NCBI GenBank assembly: GCA_902585265.1 | Contig: CACICY010000004.1 | Span: 198 to 64,197, forward strand | Direction of reading: 5' to 3' | Length of the DNA stretch: 64,000 nt | Source of the DNA: an uncultured Pelagibacteraceae bacterium | GTDB taxonomy: Bacteria > Pseudomonadota > Alphaproteobacteria > Pelagibacterales > Pelagibacteraceae | In this document: positions 20,448 to 31,552 of the stretch, one piece after another | Layout of the letters: each line of letters starts with the position of its first letter | Numbering within the stretch: position 1 is the first letter of the stretch | Translations under genes and position numbers: made by a program | The notes under the pieces: model-generated | Told to the model about the DNA's origin: nothing | Seen by the model: only the letters and a program-made list of their open reading frames with translations | Databases searched by the model: none

Positions 20448-22319
20448 ATGAAAAATGAGATATCATTTGATGTAGTTGTAATTGGTGGAGGTCATGCAGG
20501 CTGTGAAGCTGCAGCAGCAGCTGCTAGATTGGGCATAAATACTGCGTTATTCACTCATAAATTTGATACTATTGGTGAGATGTCATGCAATCCAGCTATA
20601 GGGGGATTGGGTAAAGGTCATCTTGTTAGAGAGATAGACGCACTAGATGGCGTAATGGGTGAAGTTGCAGATAAATCAGGAATACAATTTCGATTATTGA
20701 ATAGAAGCAGAGGCCCTGCAGTGCGTGGACCCCGTACACAAAGTGATAGATCATTATATAAGAAATATATGCAACAAAAACTTGTAAATTACTGTAATTT
20801 AAGCATTTTTTCTGATCCTGTAATAGAGTTTATTTTCGATAAAAACAATATAATTGGTTTTATTACACAAGAAGGTAAAAAAGTACTATCATCTAAAGTA
20901 ATCCTAACAACTGGAACTTTTTTAAATGGTTTAATTCACATTGGTGAAGAAAAAACACCTGCAGGGAGATTTAATGAAAAACCTTCAACAGGTTTAAGTG
21001 AACAACTAGAAAAATATGATTTTAAAATTGGAAGATTAAAAACAGGAACACCACCAAGATTGGATGCAACGACAATTAATTTCGAAAAACTCGAAGAGCA
21101 GCACGCAGATGAAGATCCATATTTTTTTTCTTTCCTTACAAAAAAAAATATCAATAGACAAATTTCATGTAGGATGACCTATACTAATCGAGCAGTTCAT
21201 GAGATCATATCTAAAAACATAAAAAGTAGTGCTATGTACTCAGGAAGCATCCAAGGTGTCGGTCCTAGATATTGTCCTTCCATAGAAGATAAAATTGTAA
21301 AGTTTGCTGATAAGCAAAAACATCAAATATTTTTAGAGCCAGAGGGTCTAAATGATAAAACAATCTACCCAAATGGAATTTCAACCTCTCTACCTGCTGA
21401 AATTCAGCAAGAAATATGCAACAATATCAATGGTTTAGAAAATGTAAAGATTTTAAGGTCTGGATACGCAATCGAATATGATTTTGTTGACCCACGGGAG
21501 CTATTCCTAACTTTAGAGACAAAAAAAATTAAAAATCTTTACCTAGCTGGACAAATAAATGGAACAACAGGCTATGAGGAAGCTGCAGCACAAGGGTTGA
21601 TAGCTGGAATAAATGCTGCTCTCTCTATTAAAGATAAAGAACCATTTATACTTGACAGATCTGAGGCATACATAGGTGTTATGATAGATGATTTAGTTAC
21701 AAAAGGAGTTGCAGAGCCCTATAGAATGTTCACCTCAAGGGCAGAATACAGACTATCTTTGAGATCTGATAATGCAGATATAAGACTTACCCAAAAAGGA
21801 ATTGATATTGGTTTAATATTAGATGAAAGGAAAATCATATTTAAAGAGAAAGCATCTAAACTAGAAAAAAGTCTCAAAAATATGAAAAATTCTCTAATTT
21901 CTCCTTCAAAAGCATCAAAATTTGGTGTTAAAATTGCGAAAGATGGGGTTAAAAGAAATGCATTAGAAATATTAAGCCAAAAGTCAGTAGATATGAGTAA
22001 AATTAGAGAAATTTGGCCAGAAATTAAATATGTTTCACGTGAAATCGATGAGCAAATTGAGATAAAAGCTCACTATAAAGGTTATTTGAAGAAACAAGAT
22101 GCAGACATTTTAGCATTTAAAAGAGATGAAAATCTTAAAATTCCTGAGAATCTTGATTATGACCAATTTTCTGGGCTGTCAAATGAAGTAAAGTCAAAAT
22201 TTAAGGAAATAAAGCCAAAAACACTAGGGCAAGCACTCAGAATAGATGGAATTACTCCAGCCGCAGTATATATTTTGTTGTCTCATGTCAAAAGAAAGTC
22301 TATTAAGCATATAGCTTGA
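20448..22319 (+). CDS. mnmG: tRNA uridine-5-carboxymethylaminomethyl synthesis enzyme MnmG (GidA)
   Basis: [46 protein letters not shown]. Confidence 0.99.
   Translation: MKNEISFDVVVIGGGHAGCEAAAAAARLGINTALFTHKFDTIGEMSCNPAIGGLGKGHLVREIDALDGVMGEVADKSGIQFRLLNRSRGPAVRGPRTQSDRSLYKKYMQQKLVNYCNLSIFSDPVIEFIFDKNNIIGFITQEGKKVLSSKVILTTGTFLNGLIHIGEEKTPAGRFNEKPSTGLSEQLEKYDFKIGRLKTGTPPRLDATTINFEKLEEQHADEDPYFFSFLTKKNINRQISCRMTYTNRAVHEIISKNIKSSAMYSGSIQGVGPRYCPSIEDKIVKFADKQKHQIFLEPEGLNDKTIYPNGISTSLPAEIQQEICNNINGLENVKILRSGYAIEYDFVDPRELFLTLETKKIKNLYLAGQINGTTGYEEAAAQGLIAGINAALSIKDKEPFILDRSEAYIGVMIDDLVTKGVAEPYRMFTSRAEYRLSLRSDNADIRLTQKGIDIGLILDERKIIFKEKASKLEKSLKNMKNSLISPSKASKFGVKIAKDGVKRNALEILSQKSVDMSKIREIWPEIKYVSREIDEQIEIKAHYKGYLKKQDADILAFKRDENLKIPENLDYDQFSGLSNEVKSKFKEIKPKTLGQALRIDGITPAAVYILLSHVKRKSIKHIA
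22031..22046. promoter_or_regulatory. parS centromere-like site (inside mnmG)
   Basis: TGTTTCACGTGAAATC, 14/16 match to TGTTTCACGTGAAACA. Confidence 0.85.
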
Positions 22320-22960
22320 TTGATTCGAAAATAATAAAAAAAAATAAAATCTATCTCCCAAATGTTTCACGTGAAACTTTGAGCGAGTTGGAGGATTATT
22401 CACAGTCAATCTTGGAGACAAATAAGAAAATAAACTTGATAAGTTCAAGCACAGAAAAGTCAATAAATACAAGGCATATTTACGATAGTGCTCAAACCAT
22501 TGAATTTATTGATAAAAATGATATTCAAATATGTACTGATCTTGGATCTGGTGCAGGGCTTCCTAGTATAGTTTTAGGTATTTTGATGAAATCTAAAAAG
22601 CAAGGTTTTAAGCTAATTTTTTATGAAAAGAGTTATCGAAAAAGCAATTTCTTAAAAGTGATGGTAAAAAAATTTAAATTAGAGGCAAAAATTTACCAAA
22701 AAAATATATTTGAAGAGAAAAATTTAGTGACAGACGTAATAATTTGTCGAGCATTTAAACCTTTGCCAGTGATTTTTGAAATAGCAACAAAGAATTTTAA
22801 AAATTTTAAATATATAGTCATGTATTTAGGAAAGAGCGGAAAAAAAATTTTGAAAGATGTTTCTACAAAATGGAAATTTGACTTAGAAGAAATGAAAAGC
22901 CTAACAAGTGATGAATCATCAGTAGTAAAAATATCAAATTTAAAAAAAAAAAATGAATAG
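22316..22960 (+). CDS. rsmG: 16S rRNA m7G527 methyltransferase RsmG (GidB)
   Basis: [24 protein letters not shown]; mnmG-rsmG-parA-parB synteny. Confidence 0.93.
   Translation: MIDSKIIKKNKIYLPNVSRETLSELEDYSQSILETNKKINLISSSTEKSINTRHIYDSAQTIEFIDKNDIQICTDLGSGAGLPSIVLGILMKSKKQGFKLIFYEKSYRKSNFLKVMVKKFKLEAKIYQKNIFEEKNLVTDVIICRAFKPLPVIFEIATKNFKNFKYIVMYLGKSGKKILKDVSTKWKFDLEEMKSLTSDESSVVKISNLKKKNE
22363..22378. promoter_or_regulatory. parS centromere-like site (inside rsmG)
   Basis: TGTTTCACGTGAAACT, 15/16 match to the consensus. Confidence 0.88.
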
Positions 22961-23753
22961 AAAAATTATTTCGGTTATAAATCAAAAAGGTGGAGTGGGT
23001 AAGACTACCACTGTAATTAATCTTGCTGCTGGTTTGACAACAAAAGGAAAAAAAATTCTCGTTATTGATCTTGATCCTCAAGGAAATGCTACAACGGGAC
23101 TTGGATTATCTAATACAACAAGTTCTGATCAAACAATTTATAATGTGTTGAATGGAAATAAAAAAATTTCGGAGGTAATCCAGTCCACAAGCTTCGAAAA
23201 TTTAGATTTGATATCATCAAATGTTGATTTGTCAGGACTTGAGGTTGAAACAGCAGGTGATAGTCGCAGAGCCTTTAAATTGAAGGATGAATTAAGCGCT
23301 ATTTTAAACAATTCTGGATCATCCTATGACTACATCATAATTGATTGTCCACCATCCTTAAGCCTTCTCACAATTATGGCATTGGTGGCCTCTGATGCTC
23401 TTGTGGTACCACTTCAGACAGAATTCTTTGCTTTAGAGGGTCTCACTCAGCTTATGAAAACAATTGAAAGGATAAAGTCAAACCTAAATCCATCTTTAGA
23501 TATAAGAGGCATACTTCTGACTATGTATGACAAAAGAAATAAATTATCAAGCGAGGTAGAAACAGAGGCTAGGAACTATTTTAAGGATAAAGTTTACAGT
23601 ACAGCAGTACCAAGAAATGTTAGATTATCGGAAGCTCCTTCTCACGGGGTTCCTGTTCTTATTTATGATAAAACTTGTCCAGGCAGTAAAGCATATTTTA
23701 GTTTTACAGAAGAATTTTTAAATCAGGATAAACCAGTGGAGAGTGCAGCATGA
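22953..23753 (+). CDS. parA: Chromosome partitioning ATPase ParA/Soj
   Basis: NQKGGVGKTTT, DLDPQGNA, IDCPPSL, PRNVRLSEAPSHG. Confidence 0.97.
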   Translation: MNRKIISVINQKGGVGKTTTVINLAAGLTTKGKKILVIDLDPQGNATTGLGLSNTTSSDQTIYNVLNGNKKISEVIQSTSFENLDLISSNVDLSGLEVETAGDSRRAFKLKDELSAILNNSGSSYDYIIIDCPPSLSLLTIMALVASDALVVPLQTEFFALEGLTQLMKTIERIKSNLNPSLDIRGILLTMYDKRNKLSSEVETEARNYFKDKVYSTAVPRNVRLSEAPSHGVPVLIYDKTCPGSKAYFSFTEEFLNQDKPVESAA

Positions 23754-24601
23754 TCAATCCGTTTAAATCAAAAAAAGGGCTAGGAAGAGGATTATCTTCT
23801 TTGATAGGTGATAGTGAAAAAATTGATGAAAAAAAAAATATTTCAATAAGTTCTTTAATTAGAAATAAGTATCAACCTAGAAAAAAATTTGATGAAATTA
23901 GTTTAGAGGAATTAACTAACTCTATAAGAGAACGAGGAATTATCCAACCTATCATTGTAAGACCAGCTTCTGATGAAGACGGTAAATTTGAGATAATAGC
24001 TGGAGAAAGAAGATGGCAGGCAGCCCAATATGCAGGGCTTCATGATGTACCAGTAATAATAGTTAATGTAGATAATCTTAAATCATTAGAATTTGCAATT
24101 GTTGAAAATGTGCAAAGAAAAGATTTAAATCCAATTGAGGAGGCTGAAGGTTATAAAAGATTAATAGATGAATTCAGCTACGATCAGGATAAAGTATCAA
24201 AATTTATAGGTAAAAGTCGAGCCCATGTATCAAACTGTTTAAGACTTCTAACTCTGCCACAAGAGATTATAGAATTAATAATTGAAGAAAAATTATCACA
24301 AGGACATGCAAAAATTTTGGTGGGATTAGATAATGCTATTTTTCTAGCAAAGAAAATTATTTCAAAAAAGTTATCAGTTAGGCAAGCCGAAAGTTTAGTT
24401 CGCATGTTGAAATCTAGTTCTAATGGTTCTACCAAGAAAAAAGATCCAAATATTGTAAACCTTGAAGAGGAGTTAACAAATAAAATTGGAATGAGAGTTT
24501 TTGTCAGGAATAAGAAAAATAATTCTGGTACTATTAGCTTGGAGTATAAAGGCTCTGATCAGCTAGATAGGTTGGTAGAGATTATTAAGCAAAATTACTA
24601 A
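23750..24601 (+). CDS. parB: Chromosome partitioning protein ParB
   Basis: GLGRGLSSL, QPRKKF, IAGERRWQAA, ENVQRKDL, HTH GKSRAHVSN. Confidence 0.97.
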   Translation: MINPFKSKKGLGRGLSSLIGDSEKIDEKKNISISSLIRNKYQPRKKFDEISLEELTNSIRERGIIQPIIVRPASDEDGKFEIIAGERRWQAAQYAGLHDVPVIIVNVDNLKSLEFAIVENVQRKDLNPIEEAEGYKRLIDEFSYDQDKVSKFIGKSRAHVSNCLRLLTLPQEIIELIIEEKLSQGHAKILVGLDNAIFLAKKIISKKLSVRQAESLVRMLKSSSNGSTKKKDPNIVNLEEELTNKIGMRVFVRNKKNNSGTISLEYKGSDQLDRLVEIIKQNY

Positions 24602-25575
24602 TAGTTACTTACAAAATTAGACACAAAAAGCATTGAATTTGTTGAATTTTTTTTAACTAAAACCTCTAAGTTATTCACTTTATATATAATTTCTTTTATC
24701 TCCTTGGTAGTCCAAGATTGTGCCTGTTTTTTTACGATATCTTTTTCTTTCCAAAATATAGGAGGTTTGAATCCTGATATAACTTGATCAATATTGGTGT
24801 TATTATCAATTTCATTTCTTATTTTTAAAAGCCTTTTTGATTTACTAAGAATTGTTCTTATTATTAATATACAATCCTCGTCTGAATAATTATTTTCATT
24901 AAGTATTGTAGAAACTTTCTTGGAATTTTTTGTGAGATAATTATCTCCTAATTCGAATACACTATAATTTTCTGCTAAATTTGATAAGTTTAATACATCT
25001 TCAATATTTAATTTTTTTCTACTAATTGATAAATTTTTCAACTTTGACAACTCATTTTTTAGATTAATTCTATCGCCTCCTGATCTTTCAATAAGTATAT
25101 TTTTAATTTCTTGAGATAAATTTAATTGATTTTCTCTTAAAAAATTTTGAATCACATAGCTTAAGGACTTTGTGTCATCTTCATAAACAGGTGTACATAT
25201 AAGTCTCTTCTCTTTCTCAAAAATACTCCTAAGTTTTGATTTTTTCTCTAAGTTTTTAGATTTTATTATAATTTTTATTTCTGATATTTCTCTCTCTAAA
25301 ATATCAACTATTAAGTCATATAATTTTTCTGTAGCTCTTGAAATAATTATTATTTTTTTACTTTCAAATAATGATTTTGTTAACAGGCTTGAAATAAATT
25401 CATCTTTGTTACCCAAGATATCTTGTTCATCATATTTCAATAAATCACCATTAAAGTTTTTAAGGTAATAATTTTTTAAAATATCTTCTTTTAAACCTTC
25501 ATTATTTCCATAAATTAAATGTATTCTTAAATTAAGTGATTTTAATTTATCTGCCTCAAAGCTTTTAATTATCAT
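24598..25575 (-). CDS. holA: DNA polymerase III delta subunit
   Basis: LIYGNNEGL, SLF, KKSKLR..FEK, PPIFWKEK; leuS-lptE-holA synteny. Confidence 0.85.
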   Translation of the reverse strand: MIIKSFEADKLKSLNLRIHLIYGNNEGLKEDILKNYYLKNFNGDLLKYDEQDILGNKDEFISSLLTKSLFESKKIIIISRATEKLYDLIVDILEREISEIKIIIKSKNLEKKSKLRSIFEKEKRLICTPVYEDDTKSLSYVIQNFLRENQLNLSQEIKNILIERSGGDRINLKNELSKLKNLSISRKKLNIEDVLNLSNLAENYSVFELGDNYLTKNSKKVSTILNENNYSDEDCILIIRTILSKSKRLLKIRNEIDNNTNIDQVISGFKPPIFWKEKDIVKKQAQSWTTKEIKEIIYKVNNLEVLVKKNSTNSMLFVSNFVSNY

Positions 25576-26041
25576 CTAAATTTATCATTGATGAAATAAT
25601 TATTTCACTTATCTTTTCAGATAAATTTTCAATTATAATTTTTTCATTTTGTTCAAGTTTAAACTTGTCTACAACATTATTATAGATATTATTTTTTGTA
25701 ATTGTTTTTACTAACAATAAATTATTATTATGTGCTACCTCATAATTTATTGTAACTATAAGTTCAAATTTTAAAGGATCTCCTTTAGAGTCTTTTGAAA
25801 CTATAAATCTTTCTTTATAACTATTAATTGTAAGATTGTATTTTTTATAACCCTGTCCTACATTATTTTTTATTAAATTAAGTTTATTTTTAATAATGTT
25901 ATTTATTTGTTTTTCACCTGAATATTTAATTTTATCTATTTCAAAATTATAACTTTTCTGTGAAAAGATAGGTTGATAAGAACATGAAGTGAGTATGAAA
26001 AGTAAAATTACTAAAACATATTTAATATAAAATTTATTCAT
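25565..26041 (-). CDS. lptE: LPS assembly lipoprotein LptE-like
   Basis: Lipobox LTSC followed by YQPIF; position between leuS and holA. Confidence 0.7.
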   Translation of the reverse strand: MNKFYIKYVLVILLFILTSCSYQPIFSQKSYNFEIDKIKYSGEKQINNIIKNKLNLIKNNVGQGYKKYNLTINSYKERFIVSKDSKGDPLKFELIVTINYEVAHNNNLLLVKTITKNNIYNNVVDKFKLEQNEKIIIENLSEKISEIIISSMINLDDN

Positions 26042-28586
26042 TTATTAGCAAATTTATTAATCTATTTTTTACAAAGATTATTTTTTTTATATCTTTATCT
26101 TTTAAATATTTTTCTAACAATGTATTAGATTTTATTATTTCTAAAAGTCTTTCTTCACTAATGTCCCTACTTTCATTTAAAATAGACCTTTTTCTTCCAT
26201 TAATTTGTACCACATAATCTATTTTTTCTTCATTTATAAATTTTAAATTAGAAACTGGCCAATTTATCTCATCATTATTACCTAAATCCTCAAAACATTC
26301 AGATGTAAAATGAGGTATGGCCGGTGAAAAAATTGTTAAGATTTTTTTATAATTATCTTCGAGGCTTTTACAATTTATTTTTTTGTCTATTTCTTTAATT
26401 AGAAAATTATATGTTTCGTAAATATTCGCAATGATAACATTATAACTAAAATTTTCTAAATTGTTTGTTACTTTATTTATCATCTGATTAGTAAACTTTT
26501 CTATTTCACTATCATCATTAGAAATTTCTAATTTATTATTTATTCTATCTTTAATTTTTTTGTGTAAGGTCCACAATTTTTGTAAAAATTTATATGAAGC
26601 AATCATTCCTTGCTCGGACCATTGCACATCTTTTTCCGGAGGACTATCTGATAAAATAAATAATCTTACAGCATCGGCACCATAATTATTTATTATATTT
26701 TCTGGATCAACTACATTTTTTTTTGACTTTGACATCGACTCTGATGGACCAACTTTAACGATATTTTTTGGTTCTCCTTTTTTATGATATTTATCTCCTT
26801 GAAATATTATTTCTTCAGGACTTAGCCAATTATTATTTTCATCTTTGTATGTTTCATGACAAACCATTCCTTGAGTAAACAGTCCCTCAAATGGTTCTTT
26901 AAATTTAAAATCTTCATTCTTATATCCGATAGCTTTCATAAAAAATCTTGAATATAGTAAATGTAAAATTGCATGCTCAACTCCTCCTATGTATTGGTCA
27001 ACCGGCATCCAGTAATTAATATCTTCTTTATTGAAACCATATTTACTTTCATTTGGTGAACAAAATCTTAAATAATACCAAGAAGAGCACACAAACGTAT
27101 CTAGTGTATCCGTTTCTCTGGTGTATTTTTTACCATCTATTGTTACTTTCCTCCAATTATCTTTTGAGTTTAATGGATTACCTTTTAAATTAAGATCTAC
27201 ATCCTCAGGAAGTTTAATTGGTAAATTTTCTTTTGATACAGGAGTTATATTTCCTTCTTCATCATATAGCATTGGTATTGGGCACCCCCAATATCTTTGT
27301 CTGGATACACCCCAATCTTTTAATCTAAAATTGACCTGTTTTTTTCCAATTCCCTTTTCTTCTAAAATATTAATTGTATTTATTACAGACTCCTCTGGCA
27401 CTTTAAGTCCATTTAGAAATTCTGAATTAATTATTACACCTGATCCAGAATATGCTTCATTTCCAATAACATATTCATCATTTTCTTCATTGGGTTTTAC
27501 TACTGTTTTAATTTCAAGATTATATTTTTTTGCAAAATCAAAATCTCTTTGGTCATGAGCTGGACATCCAAATACGGCACCAAATCCGTAGTCCATAAGT
27601 ACGAAATTAGCAAAGAAAACAGGGACTTTCTGGCTAGGATTTAATGGATTTATAGCCATTAAATTAGTTTTGAATCCTATCTTTTCACCAATAGCAATTG
27701 CTTCTTCAGTTGTTCCAGTTTTTGAACATTCTTTTTTAAATTCTTGAAATTTTGAATCTTCGTCAAAATATTTGGAAATTTCATGATCTACTGACAAAGC
27801 TAAAAATGAAAATCCAAATAATGTATCTGGTCTTGTTGTGAAACATTTGATTTCTTTTACCGGAAGGTCTCCTTCTGTTTTAAATGCAATTTCACAACCA
27901 AAGGATTTTCCAATCCAATTTTTTTGCATTGTTTTCACCTTGTTTGGCCAAAGATTTAGATTATCCAAACCATCTAGTAGTTCTTGAGAAAATTTTGAGA
28001 TATTAAAAAACCATTGATTTAATTTTTTTCTTTCAACTGTAGCTCCAGATCTCCAACCTTTTCCATCAATTACCTGCTCATTTGCAAGAACGGTTTGATC
28101 TATTGGATCCCAATTTACATAGTTTTCTTTTCTATAAACAAGACCTTTTTCGTAAAGTTCTAAAAAAAATAACTGTTGATGTTTATAGTATTCCTCAGAG
28201 CAAGTTGAAATTTCTCTGTCCCAATCAATCGAAAGTCCAAGTCTTTTTAATTGAGCTTTCATTGTTGAAATATTTTTGTTTGTCCATTCTTTTGGGTCCA
28301 AATTATTTTCTCTTGCTGCATTTTCAGCAGGCATACCAAAAGCATCCCATCCCATTGGATGCAAAACATTAAATCCCTTTAAAGCTTTATATCTTGATAA
28401 GACATCTCCTATTGTATAATTTCTAACGTGACCCATGTGAATTTTTCCAGAAGGGTAAGGAAACATTTCTAGACAATAAAATTTCTTCTTAGATCTATCT
28501 ATTTTAGACTTAAAAACTTTCTTATTTAGCCAGTTTTTTTGCCATTTTTCTTCAACAGTTTTAAAATTATATCTTTCAGGAGTCAC
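26034..28586 (-). CDS. leuS: Leucine--tRNA ligase
   Basis: [42 protein letters not shown]. Confidence 0.99.
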   Translation of the reverse strand: MTPERYNFKTVEEKWQKNWLNKKVFKSKIDRSKKKFYCLEMFPYPSGKIHMGHVRNYTIGDVLSRYKALKGFNVLHPMGWDAFGMPAENAARENNLDPKEWTNKNISTMKAQLKRLGLSIDWDREISTCSEEYYKHQQLFFLELYEKGLVYRKENYVNWDPIDQTVLANEQVIDGKGWRSGATVERKKLNQWFFNISKFSQELLDGLDNLNLWPNKVKTMQKNWIGKSFGCEIAFKTEGDLPVKEIKCFTTRPDTLFGFSFLALSVDHEISKYFDEDSKFQEFKKECSKTGTTEEAIAIGEKIGFKTNLMAINPLNPSQKVPVFFANFVLMDYGFGAVFGCPAHDQRDFDFAKKYNLEIKTVVKPNEENDEYVIGNEAYSGSGVIINSEFLNGLKVPEESVINTINILEEKGIGKKQVNFRLKDWGVSRQRYWGCPIPMLYDEEGNITPVSKENLPIKLPEDVDLNLKGNPLNSKDNWRKVTIDGKKYTRETDTLDTFVCSSWYYLRFCSPNESKYGFNKEDINYWMPVDQYIGGVEHAILHLLYSRFFMKAIGYKNEDFKFKEPFEGLFTQGMVCHETYKDENNNWLSPEEIIFQGDKYHKKGEPKNIVKVGPSESMSKSKKNVVDPENIINNYGADAVRLFILSDSPPEKDVQWSEQGMIASYKFLQKLWTLHKKIKDRINNKLEISNDDSEIEKFTNQMINKVTNNLENFSYNVIIANIYETYNFLIKEIDKKINCKSLEDNYKKILTIFSPAIPHFTSECFEDLGNNDEINWPVSNLKFINEEKIDYVVQINGRKRSILNESRDISEERLLEIIKSNTLLEKYLKDKDIKKIIFVKNRLINLLINE

Positions 28587-28607
28587 TAATTATGTCTGTT
28601 ATTAAGT

Positions 28608-29165
28608 TTAATCTACTTTTCCCAGGCCTTTATACTCTTTGAAGTTTTTATCTTTTTTTTGCTTTTTATAAAGAGTTGCCTTACTTAAAATTTCTTTTTT
28701 CAATTCTGCAACAAGTGAACCAGTTTTTTGAGTTACTTTACAATTTATTAATTGATTACATTGTTTATAAAAAACTTTAATATCTAATGCATCAGTTCTA
28801 ACTTCATTTGTCAAAAAACGAATAGAAATTTTTACCGACTCTTCCAAATTATCGCCATCTGAATACCAGTCAGTTATAATAATACCACCACTATAATTAA
28901 CTGAGGATAGTGGCATAAAATCTATTGTATCAAGCGAGGCTCTCCATAATTCGTTTGCACTTGCAAACATAAAATCACCTCCTTTGCCAGCGTTTCTAAT
29001 AGAAGTATCTAATCTAAAACCTCTTCCTTCCTCTAGATTTTTTTTAACTCTAGCATCAGGATTTGGAGGATATTTTCTTGCATCACCTGGAGGACCACAA
29101 GAGCTCAAAGCAACAAGTGCGAATCCAAGGAAAATCAATATTGCTGAATTTTTAAAAGTTAACAT
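28608..29165 (-). CDS. DUF3576-family lipoprotein
   Basis: Lipobox LSSC; LWRASLDTIDFMPL and GGIIITDWY typical of this alphaproteobacterial family found upstream of leuS. Confidence 0.8.
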   Translation of the reverse strand: MLTFKNSAILIFLGFALVALSSCGPPGDARKYPPNPDARVKKNLEEGRGFRLDTSIRNAGKGGDFMFASANELWRASLDTIDFMPLSSVNYSGGIIITDWYSDGDNLEESVKISIRFLTNEVRTDALDIKVFYKQCNQLINCKVTQKTGSLVAELKKEILSKATLYKKQKKDKNFKEYKGLGKVD

Positions 29166-29315
29166 AAATTTTATTAAAATTAGGTTGTAGAGGAAAAAAT
29201 ACTAAATTTAAAAGTTTTTTTCATTTTGGTCAAAAAATAGCATAAAATATCACTTATTTATGATGTAAAAATGCAACACTATAGTAATAATCATCACAAA
29301 AAGCCAATAAAAAAG

Positions 29316-29336
29316 TCAATAATTCCAAATTATTGA
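29316..29336. repeat. Perfect 9-bp inverted repeat upstream of porin
   Basis: TCAATAATT-CCA-AATTATTGA. Confidence 0.6.
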
Positions 29337-29347
29337 TAAAGATATCC

Positions 29348-29363
29348 TGTTTAATATTAAACA
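29348..29363. repeat. Perfect 16-bp palindrome upstream of porin RBS
   Basis: TGTTTAATATTAAACA, 19 nt before the ATG; AAAGG RBS follows. Confidence 0.6.
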
Positions 29364-29382
29364 ATTAACGAAAGGTAATAAT

Positions 29383-30315
29383 ATGAACAATCTAAAAAAA
29401 GTAGGATTGACAGCATTAGGTACTGCATTAGTAGCAACTTCAGCAACAGCTGCTGACTACTCAATTTCAGGTACTAGCCAAGTAACTTTCATGGGTCGAG
29501 ATAATAACGACACTGGAAATGGTTGGACAATGTCTGATTCAATCACATTCTCAGCGTCAGGTGAAATGGATAACGGTATGACTGTTAGCCATACATATGA
29601 AATTGATGCTGGTGCACAAGGTAACTACAACGTTAAAGTAGACACAGGTGACTTCGGAACACTAACATTTGTTGGTGGAAGTTCAACTTCAGTAATTGGT
29701 TCTTGGGATGACTTAACTCCAACAGCTAATGAAGAAGCTCATGGTGTAACAGTTGGTGGAACAGTTGCAGGAGCTGCAAATGGTACAGCTAACACTACAA
29801 ACATATTCTTATACAGCTACAACATAGCTGATGGAATAGACTTCAGCGCTGGTTATTCACCATCAGAAGGTACTGCAGTAGTAGAAGGATCTCTTGAGTA
29901 CGGTATTAAATATACTGGAATGGAAGGTTTAACTGCTTACGCAGCAATGGGTGAAAACAATGACAGTTCAAATGGTGTTGATAGTTCAATACTTTCAGTA
30001 TCATATGCAATGGGTGGATTAACTGTTGGATACCAAGTTAACGAAAGTGACTACTCAACAGGAACTTCAGACGAAGACTTTACAGCTATTGGTGTATCAT
30101 ACGCTGTATCTGATGATCTTTCAGTATCACTAAACTCATCTACAATTGATTTTGAGAGCACAACTCTTGATGATCAAGAAGCTACAGGTGTAAGTTTCTC
30201 TTATACTTCTGGCGGAATGACTATCTCAGGTTCACACTCTAACATCGATAACGTAGGTGGTACATCAACTACTGACAACAGTGGTTATGAGTTAAACTTT
30301 AAATTTGCTTTCTAA
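29383..30315 (+). CDS. Outer-membrane porin (alphaproteobacterial type)
   Basis: Signal peptide MNNLKKVGLTALGTALVATSATA; Gly/Ser/Thr/Asp-rich beta strands; C-terminal ELNFKFAF; codon usage suggests high expression. Confidence 0.88.
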   Translation: MNNLKKVGLTALGTALVATSATAADYSISGTSQVTFMGRDNNDTGNGWTMSDSITFSASGEMDNGMTVSHTYEIDAGAQGNYNVKVDTGDFGTLTFVGGSSTSVIGSWDDLTPTANEEAHGVTVGGTVAGAANGTANTTNIFLYSYNIADGIDFSAGYSPSEGTAVVEGSLEYGIKYTGMEGLTAYAAMGENNDSSNGVDSSILSVSYAMGGLTVGYQVNESDYSTGTSDEDFTAIGVSYAVSDDLSVSLNSSTIDFESTTLDDQEATGVSFSYTSGGMTISGSHSNIDNVGGTSTTDNSGYELNFKFAF

Positions 30316-30337
30316 TTTAAAAGTTTAAATACTTATT

Positions 30338-30369
30338 AAAAAGGGCCCCTTTCTAGGGGCCTTTTTTTT
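30338..30369. terminator. Intrinsic terminator, probably bidirectional
   Basis: AAAAAG-GGCCCCT-TTCT-AGGGGCC-TTTTTTTT between the convergent porin and ThiE-like genes. Confidence 0.9.
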
Positions 30370-30895
30370 ATCTAAAATAAGATATTCCCGCAAAACCAAT
30401 TGATTTAGTAAGCTGAATTAAATTTATATTTTTCTTAGAAACACCACCTAAGGCAATTATATTTTTTTTTGATAAATCAGAAATTAATCTGAATTTATTA
30501 ATACCCAAAAAATTATTATTTTTCTTAAAAATAGAAGAAACAAATATTTCCTTAACACCTTGTATTTCTTTAATTCTAATCTCTCGTATATTGTGAGCAG
30601 ATCCTATTATTAAGAAATTTTTTCTTAACTTATAACTTAAATGTATAAAACTATTATTAAATGCTGGTAAATATACACCGTCTAACCTCAATTTTATTGA
30701 TAGTTTGATATGATTGGACAAAAGAAATTTGAAACCTTTCCTTTTACAGTACTCTTTTAAAATTAATATTTCTTCAGTATTAATTTTTGTTTTATAATTC
30801 CTATAAATTATTGTTGTATTTTTATCTTGTTTATCAATGTTACTTTTATGAAATTTTTCTATAAAGTAATATTTTTTAAATAAAAATTTATGCAT
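30368..30895 (-). CDS. Thiamine-phosphate synthase (ThiE/TenI)-like protein, degenerate
   Basis: DGVYLP, IGSAHN, IFVSSIF, IIALGG, GFAGIS; probable start MHK at 30895. Confidence 0.7.
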   Translation of the reverse strand: MHKFLFKKYYFIEKFHKSNIDKQDKNTTIIYRNYKTKINTEEILILKEYCKRKGFKFLLSNHIKLSIKLRLDGVYLPAFNNSFIHLSYKLRKNFLIIGSAHNIREIRIKEIQGVKEIFVSSIFKKNNNFLGINKFRLISDLSKKNIIALGGVSKKNINLIQLTKSIGFAGISYFR

Positions 30896-31552
30896 AAAAC
30901 AGTTCAAAATTTAATATCTATTCAAAGTTCAATCAAATCTAAATTATTAAGTTTAAAAGAAAAAACAAGAATACCTAAAATTATTGCAGTTTCCAAAACA
31001 TTTAAATTAGATCACATTCAGCCTCTAATTGATTATGGCCACCTAGATTATGGCGAAAATAAAGTTCAAGAGGCAATTGAAAAATGGACTGACATTAAAA
31101 AAAATAATGATAAAATTAAATTACATTTAATCGGCAAACTTCAAACAAACAAAGTTAAATTTGCAGTAAAAATATTTGATTATATCCATTCATTAGACAG
31201 TGAAAAATTGGCCAAAAAAATATCCGATGAGCAAAAAAAAAATAAAGTAAAACCTAAAATTTTTATCCAGATAAATTTAGGATTGGAAAGTCAAAAATCA
31301 GGAATAGTAAAAGAAAATTTAACTAATTTTTATGATTTATGTATAAAATTAGATCTGAATATCATTGGAATAATGTGTATTCCTCCTTTCAACGAAGATT
31401 CTTCTAAATATTTTTCCGTAATGTCAAATCTTATTAATTCCATAGATAATAAAGAATTAAGCATGGGTATGTCATCAGATTATTTGAATGCTATCGAACA
31501 TAAATCAACATATGTAAGAATTGGTTCAAATATTTTTGGTCAGAGAGACTAA
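30890..31552 (+). CDS. yggS: PLP homeostasis protein YggS
   Basis: IIAVSKT, YGENKVQE, HLIGKLQTNK, LSMGMSSDY, VRIGS. Confidence 0.95.
   Translation: MHKTVQNLISIQSSIKSKLLSLKEKTRIPKIIAVSKTFKLDHIQPLIDYGHLDYGENKVQEAIEKWTDIKKNNDKIKLHLIGKLQTNKVKFAVKIFDYIHSLDSEKLAKKISDEQKKNKVKPKIFIQINLGLESQKSGIVKENLTNFYDLCIKLDLNIIGIMCIPPFNEDSSKYFSVMSNLINSIDNKELSMGMSSDYLNAIEHKSTYVRIGSNIFGQRD

Noticed and set aside
29280-29298. Possible Fur box upstream of the porin
   Set aside because: 13/19 match to GATAATGATAATCATTATC is not significant in such AT-rich DNA
29348-29363. TGTTTAATATTAAACA as a parS site
   Set aside because: Shares the outer arms (12/16) but lacks the CACGTG core; kept only as an unexplained palindrome
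29383-30315. Higher GC content of the porin gene as a sign of horizontal transfer
   Set aside because: Explained by Gly/Ala/Thr-rich composition and highly expressed codon choice; the position next to the DUF3576 gene and leuS is typical
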